DNA from: Candidatus Omnitrophota bacterium
GTDB lineage: Bacteria > Omnitrophota > Gorgyraeia > 2-01-FULL-45-10
Direction of reading: 5' to 3'
DNA length: 64,000 nucleotides
Assembly (NCBI GenBank): GCA_041650805.1
Contig: JBAZKM010000003.1
Location: 156,439-220,438, forward strand
A program made the position numbers and the translations under genes. Shown in pieces: positions 21,324 to 32,200 of this stretch. The notes under the pieces are model-generated. The model worked only from the letters and a program-made list of their open reading frames with translations. It did no database searches and was not told the origin of the DNA. Positions within the stretch are counted from its first letter, which is position 1. Each line of letters opens with the position of its first letter.

Positions 21324-22595
21324 ATGCATAAACTGGATACGTTACCGAACGGGCTGGGGATAGCGGTGAAGCCGATGGAGCATATGGAGTCGGTCGCTAT
21401 CGGGATATGGATAAAGGCGGGCGGCCGTTACGAAGATGAAAAGAACAACGGTATAAGCCATCTACTTGAACATCTCCTCTTTAAGGGCACGAAGACGCGC
21501 GATATGAAGAAGATAAAAGAGGAGATCGAGGGCCGCGGCGGAAGTTTCAACGGTTTTACGGCCGAAGAGTTCACCTGTTATCTCGTCAAGGTACTTGCCA
21601 AGGATGCCGGTCTCGGGATAGACATATTGAGCGACATGGTGCTTAACCCGCGGCTCGACGAGGAAGAGGTCGAGAAGGAGAAGGGCGTAGTGGCGGAAGA
21701 GATAAATATGTATAAGGATATGCCGGCCCACCATGTCCATGAGATACTGACAGAGATGTTGTGGCCGGGCGAACCTCTGGGGCTTCCTCTTGCCGGCACC
21801 GCGGAATCGGTGAATTCTCTGACGAGGAAAAAGATCGTCTCTTATAAAGAGCTATATTATAATCCCAAAAATATGCTGATAGTCAGCACCGGCCGTATAG
21901 GTGAAGCCGAGATGCTCGAGCTTGCCCGGGAACATCTGGGGTCCCCCGCGGGCGCCGGTAAGGACGCCCCGGGTTTCGAAAAGGCCAGGGACCGCAGACC
22001 GAAGCGCACGGTGCGCATCGATCCCAAGAAGACGGAGCAGGTGCACATCGCCATAGGGCTCCATGCGATGAACCGCTTCCACCCGGACAAGCATATCCTG
22101 TCGACGCTCAATATACTCCTGGGGGCCAATATGTCTTCGCGCCTCTTCCATATCGTGAGGGACGAGATGGCGCTCTGCTATGAGATATCTTCCAGCGCGC
22201 GGTTATATCATGACGCAGGTGCGCTTGTCATAAGCGCGGGCGTGGACGAACGGAAGCTTAAGAAGTGCCTCGAGGTGATCCTGAGAGAACTGGGGCGGCT
22301 CAAGAAGGAGAGCGTCTCCGCGGAAGAATTGAAGAGGGCAAAGGAATATTACAAGGGGCAGCTCCTCTTTGCGCTCGAGGATACCATGAGTTACATGCTG
22401 TGGCTTGGCGAAAAGATGACGACCGGAGAGCGGGAGTTCAGCGTAAAGAAGATACTGGACAGGATAGATAGTGTCACCCGGGATGACATCAGGAGGGTAT
22501 CCGGCGATATATTTAAAGAGGACAATCTTAACCTGGCCGTCATAGGGCCGGTCAAAGACAAGAAAGGCCCCGGAGAGGTGCTTCACCTGGAATGA
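21324..22595 (+). CDS. M16-family (pitrilysin-like) zinc peptidase.
   Basis: Inverted zincin motif HLLEHLLFKGT (HxxEH), 423 aa. Confidence 0.85.
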   Translation: MHKLDTLPNGLGIAVKPMEHMESVAIGIWIKAGGRYEDEKNNGISHLLEHLLFKGTKTRDMKKIKEEIEGRGGSFNGFTAEEFTCYLVKVLAKDAGLGIDILSDMVLNPRLDEEEVEKEKGVVAEEINMYKDMPAHHVHEILTEMLWPGEPLGLPLAGTAESVNSLTRKKIVSYKELYYNPKNMLIVSTGRIGEAEMLELAREHLGSPAGAGKDAPGFEKARDRRPKRTVRIDPKKTEQVHIAIGLHAMNRFHPDKHILSTLNILLGANMSSRLFHIVRDEMALCYEISSSARLYHDAGALVISAGVDERKLKKCLEVILRELGRLKKESVSAEELKRAKEYYKGQLLFALEDTMSYMLWLGEKMTTGEREFSVKKILDRIDSVTRDDIRRVSGDIFKEDNLNLAVIGPVKDKKGPGEVLHLE

Positions 22596-23311
22596 AAGGC
22601 TCTATACGTCTTTTTAAGGTATTCGATATCTCAATAAACATCCACATCACGTTTATCCTGCTTCTGGCGCTATTCCTTACGGGCGGTGTAAGGTGGCTTG
22701 TCCTCATGATAGGTGTCTTCTTCTTCGTCACACTGCATGAGCTGTGCCATTCGCTCGTAGCAAAGCATTTCGGCATAACGGTCCGTGAGATAACGCTCCT
22801 TCCGATAGGCGGGGTAGCGTCTATGGCGAAGATGCCGAAGAGACCGTACCAGGAATTCCTGATATCGATAGCCGGTCCGGCGTTCAATATACTGGTAGTC
22901 GCGGCCCTTTATATTCCCCTGAATTATATCCTGGGCCCGGAGGTCTTATTCCATCCTCTTTCGACGGCGACCTGGCCGCTTACCGCGGCCTATCTTTACT
23001 GGATAAACCTCATCCTGGCCCTCTTCAACCTGATACCGGCGTTCCCCATGGACGGGGGGAGGATATTGCGTTCGCTCCTGGCCCGGAAGATAGGCTACAG
23101 GAAGGCGACGAAGTTTGCCGTGAACCTGGGCCATATCTTCGCCCTCTTCTTTGCATACTTTGGCGTGGTGCGCTTCAACCTCATGCTGGTCGCCATAGCG
23201 CTCTTCATCTATATGGCCGCATCTACCGAAGAGGCGCAGCTCGATATCAGGACGATGCTGGAAAAAGACAGGGATGACAATACATTACCGCATGATCCAC
23301 ATAAGATGTGA
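22592..23311 (+). CDS. Site-2 protease family (M50) membrane metalloprotease.
   Basis: Multi-TM protein with HELCHS (HExxH) and NLIPAFPMDGGRIL (LDG motif). Confidence 0.8.
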   Translation: MKGSIRLFKVFDISINIHITFILLLALFLTGGVRWLVLMIGVFFFVTLHELCHSLVAKHFGITVREITLLPIGGVASMAKMPKRPYQEFLISIAGPAFNILVVAALYIPLNYILGPEVLFHPLSTATWPLTAAYLYWINLILALFNLIPAFPMDGGRILRSLLARKIGYRKATKFAVNLGHIFALFFAYFGVVRFNLMLVAIALFIYMAASTEEAQLDIRTMLEKDRDDNTLPHDPHKM

Positions 23312-23326
23312 AAGAGAGGTAAGACG

Positions 23327-23968
23327 ATGAACAGGATACTGATAGCTCCGAGCATACTTTCGGCGGACTTCTCCAAACTGGGCCAGGAGATAAAAGACGT
23401 CGAAAAGGGCGGCGCCGACTGGATACACGTCGACGTGATGGACGGCCACTTCGTCCCCAATATCACCATGGGGCCGCTCGTGGTCAGGTCGGTGAGGCCC
23501 GTGACTAAACTGCCGATCGATGTCCATCTCATGATAAAGAACCCGGAGAGATATATCGAGAGTTTTGCCAAGGCAGGAAGTGATATCATAACCTTCCATA
23601 TAGAAGCGGAAGGGGACCCTAGAGAGATCATACGCCTCATAAGGTATTATAAGAAGAAGGCCGGGGTCTCCATACGCCCTAAGACGGACCTGGGGCCAAT
23701 AAAGGCCATACTGGCAATGGTGGATATGGTCCTTGTTATGACGGTGGAGCCGGGATTCGCGGGGCAGGAGTTCATGCCCGGATGCGCGGATAAGATAGCC
23801 GAACTGAGGAAGATGTTCAGGAAGGATATAGAGGTCGACGGCGGCATAAATGAGATGACCGCTAAAGAAGTGGTCGCGAAAGGGGCTAACGTGCTGGTGG
23901 CGGGTTCTTCCGTATTCGGCACTAAGGATTACGCCTCGGCTATAAGGAAACTTAGAGGAGGGATCTAG
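23327..23968 (+). CDS. rpe: Ribulose-phosphate 3-epimerase.
   Basis: IAPSILSADFSKLGQEI..., HVDVMDGHFVPN, MTVEPGFAGQ. Confidence 0.93.
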   Translation: MNRILIAPSILSADFSKLGQEIKDVEKGGADWIHVDVMDGHFVPNITMGPLVVRSVRPVTKLPIDVHLMIKNPERYIESFAKAGSDIITFHIEAEGDPREIIRLIRYYKKKAGVSIRPKTDLGPIKAILAMVDMVLVMTVEPGFAGQEFMPGCADKIAELRKMFRKDIEVDGGINEMTAKEVVAKGANVLVAGSSVFGTKDYASAIRKLRGGI

Positions 23969-23969
23969 C

Positions 23970-25382
23970 GTGGGTGCTATAAAATTCGGGACGGACGGCT
24001 GGAGGGCCGTGATAAGCGAGGACTTCACCTTTGACAACGTTAAGAAGGTCGCTCAGACGATCGCTCAATACACCAAAGGGAAGGAGTTCAAAGGCCGGCG
24101 GGGCGTGGTGGTGGGATATGACACGAGGTTCCTGTCGGATAAATACGCGGAATTGGTCGCATGCGTCCTCGCGGCGAACGGCATAAAGACGATACTCACT
24201 TCGAAGGCGACGCCTACCCCTTCGATAAGTTACGCCATAAAGGACAGGAACCTTACCGGCGGCGTGGTCATCACCGCCAGCCACAATCCTGCCCGGTATA
24301 ACGGCATAAAGTATAAGGCATTCTACTCCGGTTCCGCCGGCCCGGAGATCACGAAGGCGCTCGAAGGCCATCTCGGCACGCCCGTGAATTATATGACCCT
24401 CGGCGAAGCTAAGGATAAAGGTCTTGTGGAAGTGGCGGATATTATCCCGCGCCATCTTGATTTTGTGAAGAGATATGTGGACCTGCCGCTCCTGAAGAGA
24501 TCCTCTCTCAAAATACTGGTCGACTCCATGTACGGCGCGGGGGACGGTTATATACAGGACCTCCTGAAAGGCGGGAGGTGCAGGGTAGATACCATACATA
24601 ATGAATACAATCCGGGGTTCGGCGGCATAAACCCCGAACCGATCATGCCGAACCTGAAAGAACTCGCCGATAAGACGAAAAGATCAAAGTACGATATCGG
24701 CGTAGCGACAGACGGGGACGCGGACCGCCTGGGCATCTCCGGGCCGGACGGCAAGCTCCTCACCGGGCACAAGGTGATGTCGCTCCTTCTCCTGCATCTC
24801 TTCGAGGACAGGAAGATGCGCGGAGATGTGATACAGACGATATGCGGGACGGTCCTGATCAACAAGATATGCAAGAAATACAGGATAAAGATGCACGAGA
24901 CGCCCGTCGGGTTCAAGTACATATGCGATATCATGCGGAAAGAGGACGCCCTAATAGGGGGCGAGGAGACGGGCGGCGTGGCGTTCAAGGGTTACATACC
25001 CGAAAGGGACGGCATCCTTTCGGGCCTGCTTATCCTGGAGATGATGGTGATGAGGAAGAAGAAACTGCCGGAGATATTGAGGGCCATCGATAAGGAGTAC
25101 GGTACGTATGAATACCGCCGCCTCGATGCCAAATATCCGGACGAGAAGAAACCGAAGCTGATGGAATTTCTGAAAGAGAACCCGCTTAAAGAGGTGGCCG
25201 GTAAGAAGGTCGTGCAGGTGAAAGATACGGACGGGTACAAATTCATCTGTGAGGACGAGTCGTGGCTAATGCTGCGCCTATCCGGCACGGAGCCGATACT
25301 CAGGATATACTCCGAGGCGTCGAGCGGGACGAAGGCGTTGAAGATACTCGAATTCGGGAAGAAAGTGGCATACAGTATATAG
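23970..25382 (+). CDS. Phosphoglucomutase/phosphomannomutase family protein.
   Basis: Active-site [25 protein letters not shown] start. Confidence 0.88.
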   Translation: MGAIKFGTDGWRAVISEDFTFDNVKKVAQTIAQYTKGKEFKGRRGVVVGYDTRFLSDKYAELVACVLAANGIKTILTSKATPTPSISYAIKDRNLTGGVVITASHNPARYNGIKYKAFYSGSAGPEITKALEGHLGTPVNYMTLGEAKDKGLVEVADIIPRHLDFVKRYVDLPLLKRSSLKILVDSMYGAGDGYIQDLLKGGRCRVDTIHNEYNPGFGGINPEPIMPNLKELADKTKRSKYDIGVATDGDADRLGISGPDGKLLTGHKVMSLLLLHLFEDRKMRGDVIQTICGTVLINKICKKYRIKMHETPVGFKYICDIMRKEDALIGGEETGGVAFKGYIPERDGILSGLLILEMMVMRKKKLPEILRAIDKEYGTYEYRRLDAKYPDEKKPKLMEFLKENPLKEVAGKKVVQVKDTDGYKFICEDESWLMLRLSGTEPILRIYSEASSGTKALKILEFGKKVAYSI

Positions 25383-25401
25383 GGCCAAGGGTCAAGAAAA
25401 T

Positions 25402-27195
25402 ATGGATAAGAGTTTAATACGAAATTTTTCTATCATCGCGCATATAGACCACGGGAAGTCGACGCTCGCGGACAGGATCCTCCAATTTACCGGAGCGATA
25501 AGCGAGCGGGAATTCCACGACCAGGTCCTCGACGACATGGACCTCGAGAGAGAGCGCGGCATAACGATAAAGGCGAGCGCGGTGCGCATACCGTACAAGG
25601 CGAAGGACGGCACCACTTATGAGCTTAACCTTATAGATACGCCCGGCCACGTCGACTTCACCTATGAGGTATCTAAATCGATAGCCGCCTGCGAAGGGGC
25701 GCTCCTGGTCGTCGACGCCGCCCAGGGGGTCGAGGCGCAGACGGTGGCGAACCTCTATCTGGCGATGGAGCACAATCTCGTCATCATACCGGTCATAAAC
25801 AAAATAGACCTCGCCAATGCGCAGATCGACAGGGTGAGTCACGAGATATCCGACATACTCGGGCTCGACAAAGACGAGATAATACTGGCCAGTGCAAAGC
25901 TCGGAAAAGGCACCGGTGATATACTGGAGGCGATCGTAAAGAGGATCCCTCCGCCGAAAGGCGAAAAGACGAACCCCCTGCAGGCGCTCGTCTTCGATTC
26001 GAGGTTCGATACCTATAAGGGAGTGGTCATACTGTTAAGGATAGTGAATGGGGTCCTGAGGAAGGGCATGAAGATACTGATGATGTCCCATAAGACCGTG
26101 CACGAGATACAGGAGATAGGCGTCTTCTCGCCGAAGGCCGAGACGATCGATGAACTGTCCTGCGGAGAGGTCGGCTACATAACCTGTAATATAAGGGATG
26201 CGCGCGATGTCGCCGTCGGCGACACCGTTACCGATCTTGACAACCAGGCCCACGCGCCGCTCCCCGGATATAAGAAGGTGCAGCCGATGGTCTTCAGCGG
26301 GATATACCCCGCCAATTCCGCCGACTTTCCGGCGCTCAAAGAAGCGATCGAGAAACTGCGGCTTTCCGACGCGTCATTCGTATACGAACCGGAGAAGTCG
26401 GTATCGCTCGGGATGGGGTTCAGGTGCGGCTTCCTGGGGCTTCTCCATATGGAGATCGTGGAAGAACGGCTGGAGCGCGAGTTCGACCTGAACCTCGTAG
26501 TCACAACGCCGAGCGTAATATACAAGATAACGAAGAAGGACGGCGAAGTGATAGATATCGACAATCCAATGAAACTGCCGAATTCCTCGGAGATAGAAGA
26601 GGTGACGGAGCCGTACGTGCGCGCCTATATAATAACCCCCAAGGAATCGATGGGCAATATGCTTGAACTTGCCGAATCGAGGCGCGGCTCATATGTCTCC
26701 ACCGAATACCTTGACGAAACGCGCGTCCAGATAGTGTATGACCTGCCCCTCTCCGAGGTCATCATCGATTTTTATGACAGGATAAAATCGATCACGCGCG
26801 GTTACGGATCGCTCGATTATGAGCTACTCGACTACCGCACGACCAGCATAGTCAAGCTGGATATACTGATAAACGGGGACCCGTACGACGCCTTCTCCTC
26901 GATCGTATATAAGGATAAGGCATACGCGAAGGGGAGGGCCGTCATAGAGACCCTTAAAGAGAATATACCGCGCCACCTCTTCCAGATAGTCCTGCAGGCC
27001 GCGGTCGGCGGCCAGGTCATGGCCCGCGAGACGATAAAGGCGGTGGGGAAGAACGTCACGGCCAAGTGCTACGGCGGCGACATCACAAGGAAGCGTAAGC
27101 TCTGGGAGAAGCAGAAAGAAGGGAAGAAGAAGATGAAGCAGTTCGGAAAGGTCGAGATCCCGCAGGAGGCGTTCATCGCCGCATTGAAGGCGTAA
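25402..27195 (+). CDS. lepA: Elongation factor 4 (LepA).
   Basis: [21 protein letters not shown]-domain and LepA-specific C-terminal domain, 597 aa. Confidence 0.96.
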   Translation: MDKSLIRNFSIIAHIDHGKSTLADRILQFTGAISEREFHDQVLDDMDLERERGITIKASAVRIPYKAKDGTTYELNLIDTPGHVDFTYEVSKSIAACEGALLVVDAAQGVEAQTVANLYLAMEHNLVIIPVINKIDLANAQIDRVSHEISDILGLDKDEIILASAKLGKGTGDILEAIVKRIPPPKGEKTNPLQALVFDSRFDTYKGVVILLRIVNGVLRKGMKILMMSHKTVHEIQEIGVFSPKAETIDELSCGEVGYITCNIRDARDVAVGDTVTDLDNQAHAPLPGYKKVQPMVFSGIYPANSADFPALKEAIEKLRLSDASFVYEPEKSVSLGMGFRCGFLGLLHMEIVEERLEREFDLNLVVTTPSVIYKITKKDGEVIDIDNPMKLPNSSEIEEVTEPYVRAYIITPKESMGNMLELAESRRGSYVSTEYLDETRVQIVYDLPLSEVIIDFYDRIKSITRGYGSLDYELLDYRTTSIVKLDILINGDPYDAFSSIVYKDKAYAKGRAVIETLKENIPRHLFQIVLQAAVGGQVMARETIKAVGKNVTAKCYGGDITRKRKLWEKQKEGKKKMKQFGKVEIPQEAFIAALKA

Positions 27196-27206
27196 GTTAT
27201 CCACAG

Positions 27207-27234
27207 GGTGGGGGACGTTTAAACGTCCCCCACC
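27207..27234. promoter_or_regulatory. Perfect 28-nt palindrome (14-bp stem) between lepA and lepB.
   Basis: ggtgggggacgtttaaacgtcccccacc; no downstream T tract. Confidence 0.5.
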
Positions 27235-27264
27235 AGGATGGGGAGATACGAAGAAAGGAAAAAG

Positions 27265-27843
27265 ATGGAACCAAAAGTCAAGTCCCAGGTCAGGGAGTGG
27301 ACGGAGTCGATAATAATAGCCGTTGTGCTTGCCCTCATAATAAGGACGTTCCTTATACAGGCGTTCAAGATACCGTCGGGCTCGATGATACCCACCCTGG
27401 AGGTCGGTGACAGGATATTCGTCAGCAAGGTAGTGTACGGGCCTAAGATACCGTTCACCGACATGCGGATCCCCGGTTTCGCGAAGCCGGCCCGCGGCGA
27501 TATCATCGTCTTCGTCTCGCCGGAAGCCCCGAAAAAGGATTTTGTCAAACGGCTCATCGCGCTATCGGGCGAGAAGGTGGAGATAAAGGATAGCATGATA
27601 TATATCGACGGAAATCCCGTAAAGAGCCCGCCGTCGCTGGCGGCGGTTTCGTACTATAACAGGGGCGATTACGGCAAAGAGGGTGACAGGATAGAGGTGC
27701 CGGAAGATTCATATTATGTCCTGGGGGACAATAGCGCAAGTTCCCGCGACTCGCGGTACTGGGGGTTCGTCCCCGCAAAGAATGTCATAGGGAAGGCGGT
27801 CTGTATCTACTGGCCCCTTAACCGGATAAGGATACTGAGATGA
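27265..27843 (+). CDS. lepB: Signal peptidase I.
   Basis: IPSGSMIPTLEVGDRIFVSK (Ser box), GDNSASSRDSRYWGFV. The ATG 27265 is preceded by an AGGAAA RBS; the alternative ATG 27238 sits inside the hairpin. Confidence 0.88.
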   Translation: MEPKVKSQVREWTESIIIAVVLALIIRTFLIQAFKIPSGSMIPTLEVGDRIFVSKVVYGPKIPFTDMRIPGFAKPARGDIIVFVSPEAPKKDFVKRLIALSGEKVEIKDSMIYIDGNPVKSPPSLAAVSYYNRGDYGKEGDRIEVPEDSYYVLGDNSASSRDSRYWGFVPAKNVIGKAVCIYWPLNRIRILR

Positions 27844-28412
27844 CGGAAAAGAAGCAGGGGATAAACCTTGCCAACAAGATATCGATAGCGCGCATAATAC
27901 TCATCCCGTTCTTCATAGCGGCCGTCGCCTATTCCCGCATGGATATAGCGCTCCTCTTCTTCGCTATTGCCATGATATCCGACGGTGTGGACGGTTTCAT
28001 AGCCAGGGCGCTCCATCAGAAGACGGAGCTCGGCACCATCCTGGACCCCGTGGCGGATAAGCTCTTATTGACGAGCGCGTTCATATGTCTTTCGATAGTC
28101 AAGACGATACCGCCGGAGATACGGCTCCCCCCTTACGTGCCTATAATAGTCATCTCCCGGGATGTAATTATCATCCTCGGCTCTGTCATGGTATATATGC
28201 TTAAGGGGGACCTCAAAGTGGGGCCGAGCGCGGTCGGGAAGGTCACCACGTTCTTCCAGATGATGACCGTTGTGAGCGTCCTCCTACGGTTCGAATATTC
28301 CATCTTTGTGTGGAACGTCGCGATAGCGCTCACCGTGATATCCGGTATAGATTATATCGTCAAGGGGAGCCGCCTGCTGGGTGATAATCACGTAGTCACG
28401 AAGAAGGAGTGA
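27840..28412 (+). CDS. pgsA: CDP-diacylglycerol--glycerol-3-phosphate 3-phosphatidyltransferase (CDP-alcohol phosphatidyltransferase).
   Basis: DGFIARALHQKTELGTILDPVADKLL (D-G-x2-A-R...G-x3-D-x3-D). Confidence 0.85.
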   Translation: MTEKKQGINLANKISIARIILIPFFIAAVAYSRMDIALLFFAIAMISDGVDGFIARALHQKTELGTILDPVADKLLLTSAFICLSIVKTIPPEIRLPPYVPIIVISRDVIIILGSVMVYMLKGDLKVGPSAVGKVTTFFQMMTVVSVLLRFEYSIFVWNVAIALTVISGIDYIVKGSRLLGDNHVVTKKE

Positions 28413-29047
28413 CCATGGCCCCATTCATAGCTATGCCGCTCGCCATAATAGCGGCCTACCTGATCGGCTCTATACCGGCGAGCTTCATCCTGGCAAAGGC
28501 CGTCAAGGGGGTGGACATACGGGACCACGGTTCGGGGAACGTCGGGGCGACCAACGTCCTGCGGGTTGCCGGGAAGGTGCCGGCGGTCATAGCGCTCATC
28601 CTGGATATATTGAAGGGGGTCATATCGGTCACCGTCATAGCCGGATATTCCTACCAGTTTCTCCCGGATGTCGAGTATGACTTCTACAGGCCGCTCCTGG
28701 GGTTCGTTACGATATGCGGCCATGTCTGGCCCGTATTCCTTAACTTCAAGGGAGGGAAAGGGGTGGCGACTACCCTGGGGGTTGTGGCGGTCATAGCGCC
28801 TCTCCCGTTTTTGCTTTCAGGCCTGGTGTGGCTTGCGGTATTCGTCCTCACCAGCTACGTTTCGCTCGCCTCTATCGTCCTTGATATATTTCTGCCCGTC
28901 TTCGCCGTGCTCCTGAACGAGTCGATCTATACGGTACTCTTCTTCATCCTCATAGCCGCCTTATCGATATACAAACACTCCGGCAACATAAAGCGCCTCG
29001 TCAGAGGCCAGGAATCGAAGACCCTCCTATCTCGCAGCAAGAAGTGA
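28409..29047 (+). CDS. plsY: Glycerol-3-phosphate acyltransferase PlsY.
   Basis: GSGNVGATNVLR motif in a 5-TM protein. Confidence 0.9.
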   Translation: MTMAPFIAMPLAIIAAYLIGSIPASFILAKAVKGVDIRDHGSGNVGATNVLRVAGKVPAVIALILDILKGVISVTVIAGYSYQFLPDVEYDFYRPLLGFVTICGHVWPVFLNFKGGKGVATTLGVVAVIAPLPFLLSGLVWLAVFVLTSYVSLASIVLDIFLPVFAVLLNESIYTVLFFILIAALSIYKHSGNIKRLVRGQESKTLLSRSKK

Positions 29048-29095
29048 TAACTCCACAGATAATCGTTAGGTTATAAAAAACCTAGAAACATCGCT

Positions 29096-29123
29096 TTGAC
29101 ATATATAAATTAGGTGATATACT
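29096..29123 (+). promoter_or_regulatory. Strong sigma70-like promoter with extended -10, upstream of the giant gene.
   Basis: TTGACA (29096-29101), 16-nt spacer, TGaTATACT (29115-29123), inside an AT-rich 120-nt intergenic region. Confidence 0.5.
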
Positions 29124-29170
29124 TTATGGTAATTTGTTAAAATAAGAGAAAGCTTATAATATAACCAAAT

Positions 29171-29275
29171 ATGTTTATCACACTGAAACAATCTAATAAT
29201 ATCGCAAGGCGACTGGTATCGGTAATACTGATCGCCTCTTTTCTATTTACCAATTCCGATCTCTCTTTGGCCCGG
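29171..29275 (+). other. N-terminal signal peptide / membrane anchor of the giant protein.
   Basis: MFITLKQSNNIARRLVSVILIASFLFTNSDLSLAREIF: positively charged n-region, a 15-aa hydrophobic core, and an A-x-A-like site. Confidence 0.6.
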
Positions 29276-32200
29276 GAGATATTCTCTGACCGTACAACCC
29301 TCTCGCCGGCCTCCCGCTTCAACCCGCTCGCTAAGATAAGAGAGAAGGATGACGGCACGTTCGATATTGTCCGGGATGAGGAAGGGCGAAGAGACCTCAA
29401 GGATGGATTCAAGGCCGATGCCGAATTCCTGTATCTATCCCGACTGATAGGCGATGCCCTGGGCGATGCGGTCCGTATGAAATTGACCTACGAAGGATTG
29501 CGTATCCTGATAGAGAGGGACCTGCGCGACACGAAGACCGAATTCGAGCATTTTGATCCCGCCAGGCTATACAGAAGAGACGATTCCTATTATCTCCCGT
29601 ACAAAAGCGCCCTTACCGGCGGCGATCTGCTGCTGCGGTACTTTGTTAGCTCCACCGGCCATAAATTCCCTGACGCCGTAAAGGTCGCCGACCTCGGTGA
29701 GGGGGATTTTGTCTGGATGGAGACGATATCTGCGGATGGCATAGAGGCCTCGGCGCCAAATGCCGTGCTTCTAAAAAGGCCGGTCGATATCATAGATCCC
29801 GGGGAGATAAAGACGGGAAGGGATCTGGTCCGTATCATAGATGAGGTCCTGAGGGCGCCGCATCCCGCAGAGGCGCTTCAAGCCGCCTGCCATTCGCTGG
29901 CCATAACCGGTCACGCTATACTTGCCGGATACGAAGAGTATCTTAATGACGAAGGCCTTGGCGTAAAGAATGCCTTTTCGGATATGCTCAGGAAGGTTGA
30001 GTCGGGAAAGCTCGTTTGGACCAAAGACGATTTCGGCGAATTCAAGAAGCTGGTGAAAAAGATACCCACCATAGATGATCCCAACGAAGACCTGTTTGTG
30101 GATGTCCTGACAGATTTTACCCCGGACATGATACGGTTATTGGCAAATAGCGGCTACGATCACAGTTTTAACCTCCAGCTCACAAAGGGGTGCGGTAACC
30201 AGTGCCTAATATGCGGTGTCTCCAAGGCGCGCGGCGCGATGCACCACATACCATTCCCCATAGCGGCGAAACTGCTTCGTAAAGTCAACAGGTACCAGTC
30301 TAAGCTGATGCCGTATTTTGACAGCGATGCGCTCCATTATCGCGACAGTGTAGTAAACGCCACATATGCGGATATAGTCAGTTTTGCCAGGAGATCCGGT
30401 TTCACATGGGTCCCTACGGTTACTCACGGCATAGGCGGGGCAAAGGCAAAAGGATCCGGCGACATCGTCAGGGAGGCGCGCAATTATCTTACCATAAGCG
30501 TTCATGTTTATCATCATCCGGTGATGGAGTACGTAAAATCGAAATTGGAAGGGAAGATGACCGATGAGGCCCTGGCCAAGAGGAGAGAGTCCATCATAAA
30601 CATGTACGCGGATAGATTTGTCTATCTTATACAGGGGGCGATCGATTCAGGAAAAGGGTTCCAGATAAGGTTATTCCGGCCGAATCCCGACGTCGAGTAT
30701 ATGCTTCAACGCCACCTGTACGCATATGCTGCCGTAAAGGAGATCCAGGCTATACAGGATGAAGTATGGAGCCGTGTAAAAGGACGTATACCTTTGGACA
30801 TGGATAGGACCAGTGATACCCACGTTGTCTGGATCGATGACGCCGCCCGTTTCCTGAAAGATCTTGGAGTGCCGGAGGATATCATAGCGAATACTCAAAA
30901 GGCATATGACGATAACATTTATAACGGCGCAAGCATAGTAGGGGATCACTATTCCCTCATAGCGGGGCCTGATGGCTCAGTCACCATGCAGGTCAGAGAA
31001 GGGAATAACCTGCGATTCAGGACGGTGGGTGAGATGTTTGAAGGGCCCGCTTCCGAAGGGTTTGGATCGTTTGTACAGGCGCTCAAGATCATATCGTCCT
31101 TCGATTACGATAATCCTAAGTCATCGAGAAATTCGTATGTATCTTCCGCTAAGATGAAAGATATCGGCACGGATATCGAGGGCCTTATCCTGAGAGAGTT
31201 GAGGAAGGAGATCGCCCGTAACCCTTATTCAGACGAAGAGGTGGCTGAAAAAGTTAAAGAGATAACCGTTTACCGGACGATGGGGGATTTTTATAAGCTC
31301 TTATTTAGCTTTTACCTAAACCAGGACGAGATAAGGCGGCTATCGCATGATCCGACAGAAGGGGGTGCCGCCTTGCTGTATCAGCGCCTTAAGGATGTCC
31401 CATTCCCCGTGAAGATGGAGTTCAATATTGTGATGCAGGATAACGAATTATGCGTCTTCAGTTATTCCCCCATGGACGCAGGCAGGCCGGGATTCGAAAA
31501 GGACCTTTACAATTCTACACGTCGTTTCGAACTTCCGGTCCGCGCGTTTGCCTCACGGTCTGAAGCTGCGCAAAGGCCGCCGTTCCCGGGCCACGGTCCG
31601 GGCTCGCCGCACATTACTCAGGGACCGGATGAGCCGGCACCGCTGATCTCCCGGGTAGATGAGCTCTGGGGCGACAGGCCCGTCAGGGTGCGAAAGATCA
31701 TAGCCGCTATACTGGGAGATATGAGAGGTCCTTTGACCGCGATCTCTGTAAGACAGGCAGCGGGCAATATCCTCCGCGATAACCTGATGAATGCCAAGGC
31801 CCGTCAGGGTGCCGTAGATGCGATAACATTCCGCAAATGGATCTCGAGAACCGGCCTTATTTCGGACCTTCTTGCTCCGGCAGATATCGGGGAATCGGAC
31901 GTAGCCGAGATATTTCTGCGTCACGGTCTGAAATTCGACAGGGACCTGCGGCGCAGGCTTTGCGGGCCGTTCCGCGATGAGATATCGCTTATAAAAAAGG
32001 CGATGAACGCTCTTCAGGAAGCTTATGACCCGCTACTTTCGGATACGTCTCCGGACGAAAGGTCCAAACAGGAATTTGAGGAAAAATATGAATTCAGGGC
32101 ATATGAAAAAGGCACTTCATTTGTGCCTGTTCTGGGTATCCTGTGGGCGGTGAGAGACCAGGATGTCGTATCAATATCCTACCGCATCGCAAACCGGATA

